NCBI GenBank assembly: GCA_963787125.1
Contig: CAWBBV010000012.1
Coordinates: 96,001-160,000, forward strand
From: an uncultured delta proteobacterium
GTDB taxonomy: Bacteria; Desulfobacterota; Desulfuromonadia; Geobacterales; DSM-12255
Reading direction: 5' to 3'
DNA length: 64,000 bases
Numbering within the stretch: the stretch's first letter is position 1; the number at the start of each line of letters is the position of its first letter. Below, piece after piece: positions 10,122 through 20,793 of the stretch. Position numbers and translations under genes: made by a program. Under the pieces are notes generated by a model. The model ran no database searches. It saw only the letters and a program-made list of their open reading frames with translations, and was not told where the DNA came from.

Positions 10122-11165
10122 GTGACGAAGGCTATTCTTGTCATAGGTTTCGGAGGCAAGGGGGTTGGTGACCAGATTGTGGCAACACCGTTTATCCGTA
10201 ATCTTGCGCTGAACTTTCCGGACAGCGCCATAGATTTTGCAGCCTCAAGCGTGATGGGAATAGAGCTCCTCAAATATGATCCGTACCTGCGTGATGTTTT
10301 TGTTCTGGATATGAGTTGCTTTCGCCTCGGTGGAGAGAAGGGGTTCGCTGAAAAACTTGCATATATAAAATTGCTCAGAAAGAAAAAGTATCAGCGGGTC
10401 TATATTCTCAGTACCAAACTAAGGCACGCCATGGTCGCCTTCGCAGTTAGTTCAGGCGAGCGGATCGGGTTCGCCTCGTATCATCGTGAGTTTCTGCTTA
10501 CCAAATACTGGCAGGAACCGTTGCAGAAAAATTTGGTCGATAGATTTCTCGATCTGTTGGTACTTGACGGGTTGAAAGTTGTTAATAATCGGATAGAAGT
10601 ATTCCTCCAAAAGGCAGAAGCTGATGCGGCGCAGCAAAGGCTTAGTGGACTTTTTCCTGACGGCAGGCCAGTTGTAGCCCTTGCACCATTTGCTGCTGAT
10701 ATGAGAAGAACATGGGGGTTGCAGCGCTTTGCCGAACTTGCAGGGCGCTGTTCTGCCGAGGGGTGGGGGGTTGTACTGCTCGGTTCTGCTGCTGATCGTG
10801 ATAAGCTCACGGCAACTTTTTGCACGAGTCAAGCCGGCGTTGCCGATCTTGTGGGTGCGCAGAGTATTCGTGAAACAGCCGCCTTGATCAGCATAACTGC
10901 AGCCTTTACCGGTAACGACAGTGGTCTGGCGCACCTAGCCGGAGCCGTTTCAACGTCCGGAGTGGTAATTGGCTACCATGTTACCAAAGTCTGGTACCCT
11001 GCAGCCACCTGTATTCAGACGATTATTCGTGATCCGGACTGCAGTGACTGTGACTTGGCGCGTTGCACTGGTGACGATAATCGGACTCCGCCATGTTTTG
11101 AGGCCGTTACTGTGGATGAAGTATTCAATCGACTTAAAATAATTATTACGGAAGTGAACAAGTGA
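10122..11165 (+). CDS. Glycosyltransferase family 9
   Basis: GVGDQIVATP, NDSGLAHLA, Cys-rich C-terminus. Confidence 0.85.
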   Translation: MTKAILVIGFGGKGVGDQIVATPFIRNLALNFPDSAIDFAASSVMGIELLKYDPYLRDVFVLDMSCFRLGGEKGFAEKLAYIKLLRKKKYQRVYILSTKLRHAMVAFAVSSGERIGFASYHREFLLTKYWQEPLQKNLVDRFLDLLVLDGLKVVNNRIEVFLQKAEADAAQQRLSGLFPDGRPVVALAPFAADMRRTWGLQRFAELAGRCSAEGWGVVLLGSAADRDKLTATFCTSQAGVADLVGAQSIRETAALISITAAFTGNDSGLAHLAGAVSTSGVVIGYHVTKVWYPAATCIQTIIRDPDCSDCDLARCTGDDNRTPPCFEAVTVDEVFNRLKIIITEVNK

Positions 11166-12250
11166 AGATTGCCTTTATTATCAATGCCCGCCTTGTGAGT
11201 GGCGCAGAGGAGCATCTTCTTGATCTGGCCAGCAGGTTGCCCGCTCACGGAATTGAACCGGTATTTTTAGTCCGTAAGGGTGGGGCCTTTGAGGAGAGGC
11301 TTACAGGCGCCGGAGTCAAGAGTCATCCGGTTTTTGTCCCGGAAAAATATACTGTCCCTTTAAGACTGGCTAAAAGCCTGATTCTTGAACAGCCAGATGT
11401 TATTTCCGTAAATCGTGAACATAATATTTATCCAACACTTATAGCTTTTTACCTGGCTCTGCCTTTTCTGAAAAAACGACCAAAACTGGTAAATGTCTTT
11501 CATACGCCGACATCCAGAAGGTATCCTTTTCTCGCTTCACTCTTTGACGGTGTCATTGCCACTTCAGAGTACACCGGAGCCTCTTTTACTTCGAAAAATC
11601 CCGGACTGGACAAGGTAACTTCTATTATTCATTACGGGATCGAACTGCCGGAGCCGCAAGCGAATAAAATGGAGATAAACCGCGAACGCAGGATTCTGCA
11701 GGGACGGAAATTCCCGGTTATAGGCATGGTTGGGGAGCTCTGGAAAAATCAGGAAGAGCTTATTGATGCCGGTGTTGCTTTGCAAAAGGCTTTTCCCGAC
11801 ATCACCATCGCCATAGTTGGCGGTGGTGGGACGGAGCATCTGGAAAAGAAGATTGCCGAATATGGGCTCGAAAAAAATATTGTCCTGACCGGGCGGATTC
11901 CGCGCAAGCAGATACCGGATCTGTTTTATGATTTTGATCTTTCCGTATCTACTCATCGCAATGAAGGTTTTGGTATTGTCCACATAGAATCGCTGGCCGC
12001 GGGCACTCCAGTTGTTGCCTACAATAGCGGCGGCCTGGTGGAGATCATCAACAGGGGTGGCGGGCTGCTGGTAGATGGCGGCACTGGGGAGTTTGTCAGC
12101 ACAGTGCTGGAACTGCTCGCCGACGACGAGCGACGTCGAGCTCTGGGTGTGGAAGGACGCAGCGTGGTTGAGAAGCACTTTACTCTTGATCTCATGGCCA
12201 GATGCCATGCCGAATATTATCGGCGACTGGTCGGGGGCAGAGTCAGCTGA
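11162..12250 (+). CDS. Glycosyltransferase family 4 (paralogue of 21739-22827)
   Basis: SGAEEH, EGFGIVHIESLAAGTPVV (EX7E). Confidence 0.9.
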   Translation: MKIAFIINARLVSGAEEHLLDLASRLPAHGIEPVFLVRKGGAFEERLTGAGVKSHPVFVPEKYTVPLRLAKSLILEQPDVISVNREHNIYPTLIAFYLALPFLKKRPKLVNVFHTPTSRRYPFLASLFDGVIATSEYTGASFTSKNPGLDKVTSIIHYGIELPEPQANKMEINRERRILQGRKFPVIGMVGELWKNQEELIDAGVALQKAFPDITIAIVGGGGTEHLEKKIAEYGLEKNIVLTGRIPRKQIPDLFYDFDLSVSTHRNEGFGIVHIESLAAGTPVVAYNSGGLVEIINRGGGLLVDGGTGEFVSTVLELLADDERRRALGVEGRSVVEKHFTLDLMARCHAEYYRRLVGGRVS

Positions 12251-13189
12251 TGAAGTCTGTCTCAGTAGTAATTCCCAATTACAACGGCAAGTCTTTGCTG
12301 GAGCAGAACATTCCTCCGTTGCTTGCCGCTCTAAGGAGTATGGACGCACCATGGGAGATTATTGTTGTTGACGATGCCAGTAGTGATGATTCAGCGGTTT
12401 TCCTGAAAACATCTTTTCCCGAGATCAGGCTGTTGATCAATGAGGACGAACAGGGGTTTTGCCGAGACTATCAACCGCGGGATATTTGCTGCCAGGCACG
12501 ATGTAGTCATGGCACTGAACAGTGATGTACAGGTGGAGACAGATATTTTTCCGCTGCTGCTGAACAGATTTGACAGCCCGGATATTTTTGCCATTGCCCC
12601 GAGCATGATAGACCCCAGCGATGGCCGTAACCAGGCATCCTACCGTCTGATCCCCGGTGTCTGCTGGTTCGTTGACCGCTGCCCGCAGAGCTTTACTCCG
12701 GAGGAGGCGGCCAATGACTATCCGCTTTTCTTCGCATCCGGTGGCGCCTGTTGTTACGACCGGGAAAAGCTGGTTGCCCTGGGAGGTTTTCCGACCATTT
12801 ATGCACCTTTTTACGTGGAAGATGTCGATCTCTCCTACCAGGCATGGAAGCGCGGCTGGAAATGTCTGCTGGAGCCAAAGGCAACTGTCTGGCACTATTC
12901 CAGTGCCACCATCAAGAAGTATGTAAATTACCGGAAAATAAGATTTATCACCGGTCGTAACAAGCATATGTTTCTCTGGATAAACGTTACTGACAGGTGG
13001 CTGATTTGCAGATATTTTATTTTCCTGTTGCCATCGCTTTTATGGGACATCATCAAGTTCAGAAAGTACAAATTTGTCGGTATGTTCATGGCTCTTGCCA
13101 GGTTTCCTGAAATTCTCTGCGAACGACGCAGAAGAAGAGCTTTTGCAGTGGTTTCTGACAGTGTTGTCATTAAAACCGTACGCTTATAG
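12250..13189 (+). pseudogene. Glycosyltransferase family 2, split by one extra base near 12445 (pseudogene or sequencing error)
   Basis: N-part MKSVSVVIPNYNG...VVDDASSD in one frame; C-part NRGFAETINRG...LNSD...EDVDL in the +1 frame; joined length 940 nt (3n+1). Confidence 0.85.
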
Positions 13190-13238
13190 TCCAAAATCCC
13201 CAGGGACAGTTCACAACCTGAAACCAGGAGGTTACTTG

Positions 13239-14858
13239 ATGACTGAAACACCTCATAACATCGGTTATCTATGCACTGGTTACCAGTGCTGCAGAGGTCT
13301 TGGTGACAAGGTGGCGATGCGCTGGATATCGCCGCGTTTCGAGCAGACGGATTATACGTTTGCTGATCTTGACAGGGAGTCGAACAAGGTTGCCAATGCC
13401 CTGAATTCGCTCGGCGCTGCTGCCGGTGATGTGGTATTTACCTTCCTGCCCAAATGTCCTGAACAGTTTTTCGCTTTTCTTGGCGCATTGAAAATTGAGT
13501 GTGTCATCGGTACGCTGTTTTCGAATTTCGGTGACGATGCCCTGCTTGATCGCTTGAGCGATTCCGGGGCTAAAATCCTGATAACCAAAAGCTCTCTTTA
13601 CCGGAAAGTTGAAAGGATCAGGCACTGTCTCCCGAAACTTAAGACTGTTATTCTGGTTGATGCAGAAGATGATCGTGCTGATGATCTCCTTAGCTGGCAC
13701 CGATTAATGGCAAATGCGTCTGATGATTATACAGTCTCTGTAACGGCTCCGGAGACCCCTTCGGTACTTCATTACACTTCCGGATCTACCGGTAAACCCA
13801 AAGGGGTCTTGCATTGCCACCGCAGCATTTTGCAGCAGAGCATTACTGCCAGGGATATACTCGGTCTGCGACCGGATGATATTTTCTGGTGCACTGCCGA
13901 TCAAGGGTGGGTTACCGGTACCAGCTACGGTATCATCGGGCCGTGGAGTCTGGGGGTTACCCAGATTCACTTTGGAGGCGGTTACTCGGCAGAGCACTGG
14001 TTCGAACTTATTGAGCAGCAGGGGGTTACGGTCTGGTACACAGCTCCAACGGCGCTGCGGATGCTGATGCGCGAACCTCAGGAGGTTCTCAGCAGATTTG
14101 AGTTGGTGAGCCTGAGAAATATTTTCAGTGTCGGCGAGCCTCTTAATCCAGAAGTGATTACCTGGGGACGGGAACAATTTGGTAAAGATATCTACGATAC
14201 CTGGTTTCAGACCGAGACCGGCGCAATTATGATTGCCAACAGTCCCGGCATCCCTGTAAGGCCAGGTTCCATGGGTAAACCGCTGACAGGAATTATACCA
14301 GGCATTTTGGCTGATGACGGCTGTGAGCTTGCCGCCGGGGAGCATGGCAACCTCTGTGTTCGGTCAGGGTGGGACTCGATGTTCATAACCTATCTGAACA
14401 ATGATTCGGCCTATGCAAGCAAGTTCCGCGATGGCTGGTATTATACCGGCGACATGGCCTGGCGCGACAGCGACGGTTATTACTGGTTTACGGGGCGAAG
14501 CGACGATGTTATCAATACCTCCGGGCATCTGGTGAGTCCGTTTGAGGTGGAGAGTGTGCTGCTCGAACTCCCCGAAGTGGCCGAATCAGGCGTTATCGGC
14601 GTTCCTGACGACATGCTGTTTGAAAAAGTAATTGCTTTCATTCATTTTCATCGCCAGATTGAGTTTTCGCCGGAGCTTGAACTGAAGATCCGACTGCACG
14701 TTGCCAACCGGCTATCGACACTGGCAATTCCACAGGAAGTTATTCAGATTGAATCCGTACCGAAGAACAAAAGCGGCAAAATCATGAGGCGGGTTCTCAA
14801 GGCTCGCTATCTTGGGCAGGACGCCGGCGACATATCAACATTGGAGGACTCACCGTGA
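13239..14858 (+). CDS. AMP-forming acyl-activating enzyme (acetyl-CoA synthetase-like)
   Basis: YTSGSTGKPKG, VGEPLNP, QTETG, YTGD, GRSDD, PKNKSGKIMRR; AGGAGG RBS before ATG 13239. Confidence 0.9.
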   Translation: MTETPHNIGYLCTGYQCCRGLGDKVAMRWISPRFEQTDYTFADLDRESNKVANALNSLGAAAGDVVFTFLPKCPEQFFAFLGALKIECVIGTLFSNFGDDALLDRLSDSGAKILITKSSLYRKVERIRHCLPKLKTVILVDAEDDRADDLLSWHRLMANASDDYTVSVTAPETPSVLHYTSGSTGKPKGVLHCHRSILQQSITARDILGLRPDDIFWCTADQGWVTGTSYGIIGPWSLGVTQIHFGGGYSAEHWFELIEQQGVTVWYTAPTALRMLMREPQEVLSRFELVSLRNIFSVGEPLNPEVITWGREQFGKDIYDTWFQTETGAIMIANSPGIPVRPGSMGKPLTGIIPGILADDGCELAAGEHGNLCVRSGWDSMFITYLNNDSAYASKFRDGWYYTGDMAWRDSDGYYWFTGRSDDVINTSGHLVSPFEVESVLLELPEVAESGVIGVPDDMLFEKVIAFIHFHRQIEFSPELELKIRLHVANRLSTLAIPQEVIQIESVPKNKSGKIMRRVLKARYLGQDAGDISTLEDSP

Positions 14859-15091
14859 TTACACTGGAAATGCTTGAACCGATATTCTGCACTGTTTTTG
14901 ACGACCCGGCAATCTCCCTTACCCGCAACACCGTTGCTGATGACATTGATGACTGGGACTCGCTCTCTCACATGAATCTTGTCATTGCCGTTGAGCTTGC
15001 TTTCAAAGTCAAGTTTGCCCTTGGTGAGCTCCAGACCCTGAAAAACGTCGGTGATATGCTCGATCTGGTGAACAAAAAGCACACAAAGTAA
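14855..15091 (+). CDS. Acyl carrier protein
   Basis: 78 aa acidic protein with WDSL phosphopantetheine motif; GGAGG RBS; overlaps ligase stop. Confidence 0.9.
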   Translation: MITLEMLEPIFCTVFDDPAISLTRNTVADDIDDWDSLSHMNLVIAVELAFKVKFALGELQTLKNVGDMLDLVNKKHTK

Positions 15092-15106
15092 AAGGACTGG
15101 GTCTGA

Positions 15107-16576
15107 ATGCTCTTTAACTCCTATGAATTTATTTTTCTCTTCTTGCCGGTGACTCTGGCGGTTTATTTCGTGCTCCTCCGGCATCGTTTTACCGTGGCGG
15201 CTAAATCATGGTTACTTTTTGCGTCACTGTTTTTCTACAGTTGGTGGGATATGCGGTATCTACCCCTTATCCTCGGTTCGATTCTATTTAATTACACAGT
15301 TGGCGGTCTGCTGGTTGAGTATGACGAATCAAAGCCGAGGAGCGTCTCCAGAAAATCTATTTTCATTGTCGGTATAGTAGCAAACATTCTGCTGCTTTGC
15401 TGGTTCAAATATATGGATTTCTTCATTGGCACGGCGAACACTCTGATCGGGACAGAACTGCCATTACTGAAAATTGTCCTTCCTCTTGGCATAAGTTTTT
15501 TCACCATAACTCAGATCGCTTTCATTGTAGACGCCTATGAGGGGTTGGTTGAAGAACGCAATCTCCTCAACTATGCTCTCTTCGTGACTTTTTTCCCCCA
15601 TCTTCTGGCCGGACCTATTCTGCACCACAAAGAGATGATGCCACAGTTCGACCGTCTGCGAAACAAGGTGCTCAGCTGGAAAAATCTGTATCTGGGGCTG
15701 GCTCTTTTCTTTATCGGTCTCTTTAAAAAAGTTGTGCTGGCTGACAGTTTTTCCGTATGGGCAAAAGCCGGCTTTGATTCGACCACACCCCTGACTTTCT
15801 TTCCTGCCTGGTTTGCGTCTCTTTCCTATACCTTCCAACTTTATTTCGACTTCAGCGGTTATAGCGACATGGCTGTGGCGATTGGCTGGATGTTCAATAT
15901 CTGTCTGCCGGTAAACTTCAATTCGCCCTACAAGGCAACCGGCCTGATTGATTTCTGGAAACGCTGGCACATAACTCTGACCAATTTTGTTTCCACCTAC
16001 ATCTACACGCCTCTGCTGCGCTCATTTTCAAAAATTACCTTTACTGCCTCCTTGGTGGCCATCTTCGTCTCCATGCTGATATCGGGTTTGTGGCATGGCG
16101 CCGGCTGGACGTTTATCATCTGGGGGGGATTGCACGGTTTCGGGCTGGTGGTTAATCATATCTGGAAAAAAAGAAAATTGGCCATGCCACGAATGGTTGC
16201 CTGGTTTATAACGTTTCAGTTTGTTAACCTCTCGTTCGTTTTTTTCCGCTCAAAATCGCTGGAGGCCGCCGGGCAGATGTTTGCCGGCATGTTTGGGCTC
16301 AACGGTGTAATGCTGCATAAATCGCTCATGAAGTACGCAATTATTCGTGATTCAGGTGTCTCCTTCGGCAGATGGCTCGACTCGATCAAAGGTGGTGACA
16401 CCACATGGGGAATGCTGCTTCTTGCTATGGTGATAGTTACGTTTTCCAGAAACTCATTGGAGTTGGTTCGTCAACTCCGTCCTTCGTGGGGATGGCTTTG
16501 CATTATAATTCTGGCTGGTTTCTGGGCGCTGACTGAAATGGGGAAGGTGTCCGAGTTCCTCTATTTTCAATTTTAA
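15107..16576 (+). CDS. MBOAT O-acyltransferase (AlgI/DltB/PatA type)
   Basis: LPLGISFFT, FFPHLLAGPI, YFDFSGYSDMA, FWKRWHITL, GLWHG, C-terminal FLYFQF. Confidence 0.95.
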   Translation: MLFNSYEFIFLFLPVTLAVYFVLLRHRFTVAAKSWLLFASLFFYSWWDMRYLPLILGSILFNYTVGGLLVEYDESKPRSVSRKSIFIVGIVANILLLCWFKYMDFFIGTANTLIGTELPLLKIVLPLGISFFTITQIAFIVDAYEGLVEERNLLNYALFVTFFPHLLAGPILHHKEMMPQFDRLRNKVLSWKNLYLGLALFFIGLFKKVVLADSFSVWAKAGFDSTTPLTFFPAWFASLSYTFQLYFDFSGYSDMAVAIGWMFNICLPVNFNSPYKATGLIDFWKRWHITLTNFVSTYIYTPLLRSFSKITFTASLVAIFVSMLISGLWHGAGWTFIIWGGLHGFGLVVNHIWKKRKLAMPRMVAWFITFQFVNLSFVFFRSKSLEAAGQMFAGMFGLNGVMLHKSLMKYAIIRDSGVSFGRWLDSIKGGDTTWGMLLLAMVIVTFSRNSLELVRQLRPSWGWLCIIILAGFWALTEMGKVSEFLYFQF

Positions 16577-16585
16577 GGCTGACAT

Positions 16586-17665
16586 ATGAATTATCGAAAG
16601 TGTGTGTTTATATTACTAATTGCTTTTCTGCTGTTTGCCGGTGGGAACTATCTTGTCTGGAAGATTTGGACTGAGTCGTTATTGACATTTAATCAAGGGT
16701 ACGGTGGTGATTTCGCTCGTATGGGATATGTGTCGAGCGTCAAAGTGCACAGAAAGAATTCGATAGATCTGCCGAAAAAGCATATTGAAGGTGTTGATTA
16801 TCGAGGTGGTTCCATCGACATTGTTACAGTCGGTGACTCCTTTTCACAAGGAACAGTTGGTGGAAGAAACCCTTACTATCAGGATTATATTGCATCTTTA
16901 AAAAATATGAAAGTTGTCAACCTCCCTTCTCTGAAACTGCCGGATGAGGATGATGAAAAGAGTCACTTCAGAACGGTATTAAAACTTGCCAACAGCGGCT
17001 GGTTGCGCGACCGGGGAGTGAAGTACGTTTTGCTGGAGTCGACCGAATGGCTTTGTGTTGAGCGTTTCAATCGAAAATTTGATTTTTCGGAGTCTGATGA
17101 CCCAGCGCGATTAAGCACCGTTTACGCTACCTACAGAAAAAGATACGATCTGCCTGAAATTGGTTTTATCAATAACGGCAACCTTAAATGGCTTATTCAG
17201 CCAATCAGTTACAAACTTTCCGGGCATGATTTTAATAAGAAAATTTACAAGGCAAAATTGGACAGGGACTTTTTCACGTCAAAAGACAGCCGGACTCTAT
17301 TGTTTTTCCATAAGAATATCAACGTTACACCTCGATTTTCATTGAATGATGTAACTGAGATGAATGAACAGTTGAATTTGCTGGCAGATTTATTGTCACA
17401 GCAGGGGGTTAAATTGATATTCATGCCGTGTGTCGATAAATATAACCTTTACTCGGATTTTATTGTGAATAATTCGTATCCCAGAAGCTCATTTTTCGAG
17501 AAGCTGCGGCCTTTACCCAAACGCTATCTTTTTGTTGATACGAAAGCTTTACTATCGGAAAGTGTGCGTAATGGAGTTAAGGATATTTATTATGCTGATG
17601 ATTCCCATTTGAGTTGGAAAGCTTATGAGATAATTTTTCAATCACCTATATTGAGCGGTTCCTGA
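16586..17665 (+). CDS. Membrane-anchored SGNH-like protein (AlgJ/AlgX/PatB-like acyltransferase candidate)
   Basis: N-terminal TM helix, VGDSF and DDSH motifs; follows MBOAT. Confidence 0.7.
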   Translation: MNYRKCVFILLIAFLLFAGGNYLVWKIWTESLLTFNQGYGGDFARMGYVSSVKVHRKNSIDLPKKHIEGVDYRGGSIDIVTVGDSFSQGTVGGRNPYYQDYIASLKNMKVVNLPSLKLPDEDDEKSHFRTVLKLANSGWLRDRGVKYVLLESTEWLCVERFNRKFDFSESDDPARLSTVYATYRKRYDLPEIGFINNGNLKWLIQPISYKLSGHDFNKKIYKAKLDRDFFTSKDSRTLLFFHKNINVTPRFSLNDVTEMNEQLNLLADLLSQQGVKLIFMPCVDKYNLYSDFIVNNSYPRSSFFEKLRPLPKRYLFVDTKALLSESVRNGVKDIYYADDSHLSWKAYEIIFQSPILSGS

Positions 17666-17669
17666 AAAG

Positions 17670-18764
17670 ATGTTGATGTCGTATCGAACCTGGGTATTGC
17701 GATTCGTTGTTATTATGCTCTCCGTTGAATCCATGATTGCCGTCGGCAATTACTGGTTCGATCCCCTCTGGTGTTTCGGCAGCGTTAACAGTTCCAATGC
17801 AACTGCCATCGTCATAGACCAGAGGCAACAAAAAACCAATCTTGTTGCTTTCGGCCCTTGCGGTTACGATACGCTTATTATCGGCAGCAGCAGGGTTGAA
17901 CCATTAGACGCCAGGGATTTCGCCGGGTTGACGGCTTTTAACTATTCTCTGCCGGCTTTGTTTCCGGATGAATATCAGGAGTATATTGATTTCTTTCGAA
18001 AAAAAAATGGAAATTCTTTGCGCAAAATCTATCTTGGGCTTGATTTTTTCGGAACGATTGAGAAAAAACCGGTTGTCAATCGCCTCCCCAGGAGCTATTT
18101 CGACGAAGTTGAAGCGAAGAGCAGCCGCTTGAACAGTCTGTTGGGGTCCGATCCACTCATAAAGTTTGTAAAGGGACATTTCGAGAAAGATTTTTATATA
18201 CGCTATGATCGCAGGGCAAACACTCTAATCCCGCGTGATTTGACTGAAGCGGAACGACAGCTTTTTATCATGAAGCGGCTGTCAGTTTTCGAGAAAAACT
18301 TTTACGCCGATAACGCATACAGTTACAACCAGCGATACAGAGCTCAGCTTGCCAACATTGCAGAACGAAACCGTGACCTTGACCTGCATGTATTTACCAC
18401 CACGGTTTCAAAGCCGCTTTTCGAGCTGATGGTTCGCCAAGGGCGTTATCCGGACTATGAGCGCTGGCTGCGTGATGCAGTCTCGGTTTTCGGGACGGTG
18501 ATCAATTTCATGACGGTAAACAGCGTGACCTCTGATATGTCCAGTTACTACGATGCTGATCATCTTTACCCTTTTGCAGCCAGATATGTTTCCCGAAGGC
18601 TCTGCGGACTTGACGGCATGAACATGCCGACAGATTTCGGCGATGTTGTTACCAGAGAAACAGTAGAAAGTTATCTGTCGAACATGCGTCGCCGTGTAGC
18701 TGATCTTCCCGGTGGGCTTGAGAGTCTGCAGCAAATACACATGAAGGAGACTTTGCTTAAATGA
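17670..18764 (+). CDS. Membrane-anchored SGNH/DltD-like hypothetical protein
   Basis: N-terminal TM helix, IIGSSR and YDADH motifs. Confidence 0.6.
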   Translation: MLMSYRTWVLRFVVIMLSVESMIAVGNYWFDPLWCFGSVNSSNATAIVIDQRQQKTNLVAFGPCGYDTLIIGSSRVEPLDARDFAGLTAFNYSLPALFPDEYQEYIDFFRKKNGNSLRKIYLGLDFFGTIEKKPVVNRLPRSYFDEVEAKSSRLNSLLGSDPLIKFVKGHFEKDFYIRYDRRANTLIPRDLTEAERQLFIMKRLSVFEKNFYADNAYSYNQRYRAQLANIAERNRDLDLHVFTTTVSKPLFELMVRQGRYPDYERWLRDAVSVFGTVINFMTVNSVTSDMSSYYDADHLYPFAARYVSRRLCGLDGMNMPTDFGDVVTRETVESYLSNMRRRVADLPGGLESLQQIHMKETLLK

Positions 18765-19687
18765 ACTTTTTCAAGCATCCGCAGGCTTTGGTAGAGACGG
18801 AGAACATCGGCGCCGGTTCGCGCATCTGGGCCTTTGCCCATGTGCTGCCCGGAGCAGTTATCGGCGTGGAATGTAATATCTGCGACAATGTCTTTATAGA
18901 GAACGACGTCACGATCGGCAACCGTGTTACCATTAAATGCGGCGTGCAGGTCTGGGACGGTATCACCCTGGAAGACGACGTATTTGTCGGGCCGAACGCA
19001 ACCTTTACCAACGATCTTTTCCCAAGGAGCAAACAGTATCCCGAGCAGTTTGCCAGAACAATTGTGCGCTGTGGCGCTTCCATCGGTGCCAACGCAACGC
19101 TTCTCTCCGGAATTACCATCGGCAAGAATGCCATGGTCGGTGCAGGGGCAGTGGTTACCAGAGATGTTCCCCCGAACGCCATTGTTGTCGGCAACCCGGC
19201 ATGGATCAAAGGCTATATTTCTTCCGGCAAAAATGCACCAACCTCAACTGCTGTTGATAAGCAGAAGCCGGTCAAACCGCAGGTAAATGGTGTTGAGGTC
19301 TGCCGACTCCCCCTTGTCGTCGACATGCGCGGCAGTCTTCTGTTTGCCGAGTACGGTCAGTATCTGCCGTTTGTTCCCAAACGTTTCTTTCTTGTTTTCG
19401 ACGTACGCAGCAAAGAGGTGCGCGGTGAGCATGCCCATAAGCAGCTGCACCAGTTTCTGGTCTGCATCACCGGTTCATGTTCACTTGTCGTGGATGATGG
19501 TCATAACCGCGAGGAAATCGTTCTGGATAGTCCGCAGATCGGAGTGCACATTCATCCTATGGTGTGGGGCATTCAGTACAAGTATTCGCCTGATGCCGTG
19601 CTCCTTGTCATGGCCTCGGAAGTTTATAGTGCGGATGATTATATTCGTGATTACGACGAATTTCTCAAACTGGTGGCTGACCGATGA
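18761..19687 (+). CDS. WxcM-like bifunctional N-acetyltransferase (hexapeptide) / dTDP-4-keto-6-deoxyglucose 3,4-ketoisomerase (FdtA cupin)
   Basis: [17 protein letters not shown]-terminal DMRGSL, RGEHAHK, YIRDY. Confidence 0.9.
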   Translation: MNFFKHPQALVETENIGAGSRIWAFAHVLPGAVIGVECNICDNVFIENDVTIGNRVTIKCGVQVWDGITLEDDVFVGPNATFTNDLFPRSKQYPEQFARTIVRCGASIGANATLLSGITIGKNAMVGAGAVVTRDVPPNAIVVGNPAWIKGYISSGKNAPTSTAVDKQKPVKPQVNGVEVCRLPLVVDMRGSLLFAEYGQYLPFVPKRFFLVFDVRSKEVRGEHAHKQLHQFLVCITGSCSLVVDDGHNREEIVLDSPQIGVHIHPMVWGIQYKYSPDAVLLVMASEVYSADDYIRDYDEFLKLVADR

Positions 19688-20793
19688 CACAAGTTCCTTT
19701 TCTTGACATGAAATCTCCCTACCTTGAACTGAAGGATGAGCTGGACGCGGCGCATCGCCGGGTGATGGAGTCAGGCTGGTACATTCTCGGCAATGAAGTT
19801 GCGGCGTTCGAGGCAGAATTTGCCGCCTATTGCGGGGTTAAACACTGTATTGGTGTCGGAAATGGTCTGGATGCTTTGCACTTGATCCTGCGGGGGATGG
19901 ATATCGGTCCTGGGGATGAGGTCATTGTGCCAAGCAATACCTACATCGCTACCTGGCTGGCAGTGTCATATGTTGGTGCTACTCCGGTCCCGGTCGAACC
20001 AGATGCGCTGACGTACAATCTTGATCCCTTGCGGATCGAGGCAGCCGTAACCTCTCGGACAAAAGCGGTTCTGCCGGTGCATCTTTACGGTCAACCGGCA
20101 GAAATGGACATGATCAACATCATTGCCGACCGGCATGGCCTCAAGGTGATTGAAGACGTCGCCCAGGCTCACGGAGCTAGATATAAAGGGCGGCGTACGG
20201 GAGGTCTGGGTCATGCCGCCGGTTTCAGTTTCTACCCGGGTAAAAATCTTGGCGCACTGGGTGACGGCGGAGCAGTAACTACCGACGATGATGCGTTGGC
20301 CGAGAGAATTAGGACGCTACGTAACTACGGCTCTCAGCAAAAGTATGTTAATAAGGAAAAAGGCTTTAACTCTCGCCTGGACGAGCTGCAGGCTGCATTT
20401 TTAAGGGTAAAGCTTCCCCGCCTTGATGAGTGGAACGAGCGCCGCCGTCTGGTCGCGCAGCAGTATCTTGCTGCCTTAAATAAGGATCTGTTGCAGTTGC
20501 CCAGTCTTGCCAAGGACGTAGAACCGGTTTGGCACCTGTTTGTTGTCAGGACAGAAAAGAGACAGCAGTTGCAGGACAAACTGCAAGCTGCCGGTATTGG
20601 TACTCTGATTCATTATCCGATTCCTCCTCATATGCAGCAGGCATACCTTGAGCTGGGTTTTATCGACGGAGACTTTCCGCTGGCTGAGAAAATGGCTACA
20701 GAGCTCTTGAGTCTGCCAATCGGTCCACATATGGACGCAGAAATAGTTGCTTTGGTGGCAGCGACAGTAAATGAAATAGTTGAGGAAACATGA
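19684..20793 (+). CDS. DegT/DnrJ PLP aminotransferase (FdtB-like 3-amino sugar transaminase)
   Basis: [39 protein letters not shown]. Confidence 0.9.
   Translation: MTQVPFLDMKSPYLELKDELDAAHRRVMESGWYILGNEVAAFEAEFAAYCGVKHCIGVGNGLDALHLILRGMDIGPGDEVIVPSNTYIATWLAVSYVGATPVPVEPDALTYNLDPLRIEAAVTSRTKAVLPVHLYGQPAEMDMINIIADRHGLKVIEDVAQAHGARYKGRRTGGLGHAAGFSFYPGKNLGALGDGGAVTTDDDALAERIRTLRNYGSQQKYVNKEKGFNSRLDELQAAFLRVKLPRLDEWNERRRLVAQQYLAALNKDLLQLPSLAKDVEPVWHLFVVRTEKRQQLQDKLQAAGIGTLIHYPIPPHMQQAYLELGFIDGDFPLAEKMATELLSLPIGPHMDAEIVALVAATVNEIVEET

Noticed and set aside
12452..12460. GGGGTTTT as a programmed frameshift or phase-variation tract
   Set aside because: The runs are only 4 nt and the conserved motif places the lesion upstream.
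13074..13238. N-terminal extension of the ligase ORF
   Set aside because: Overlaps the GT2; a strong AGGAGG precedes ATG 13239.
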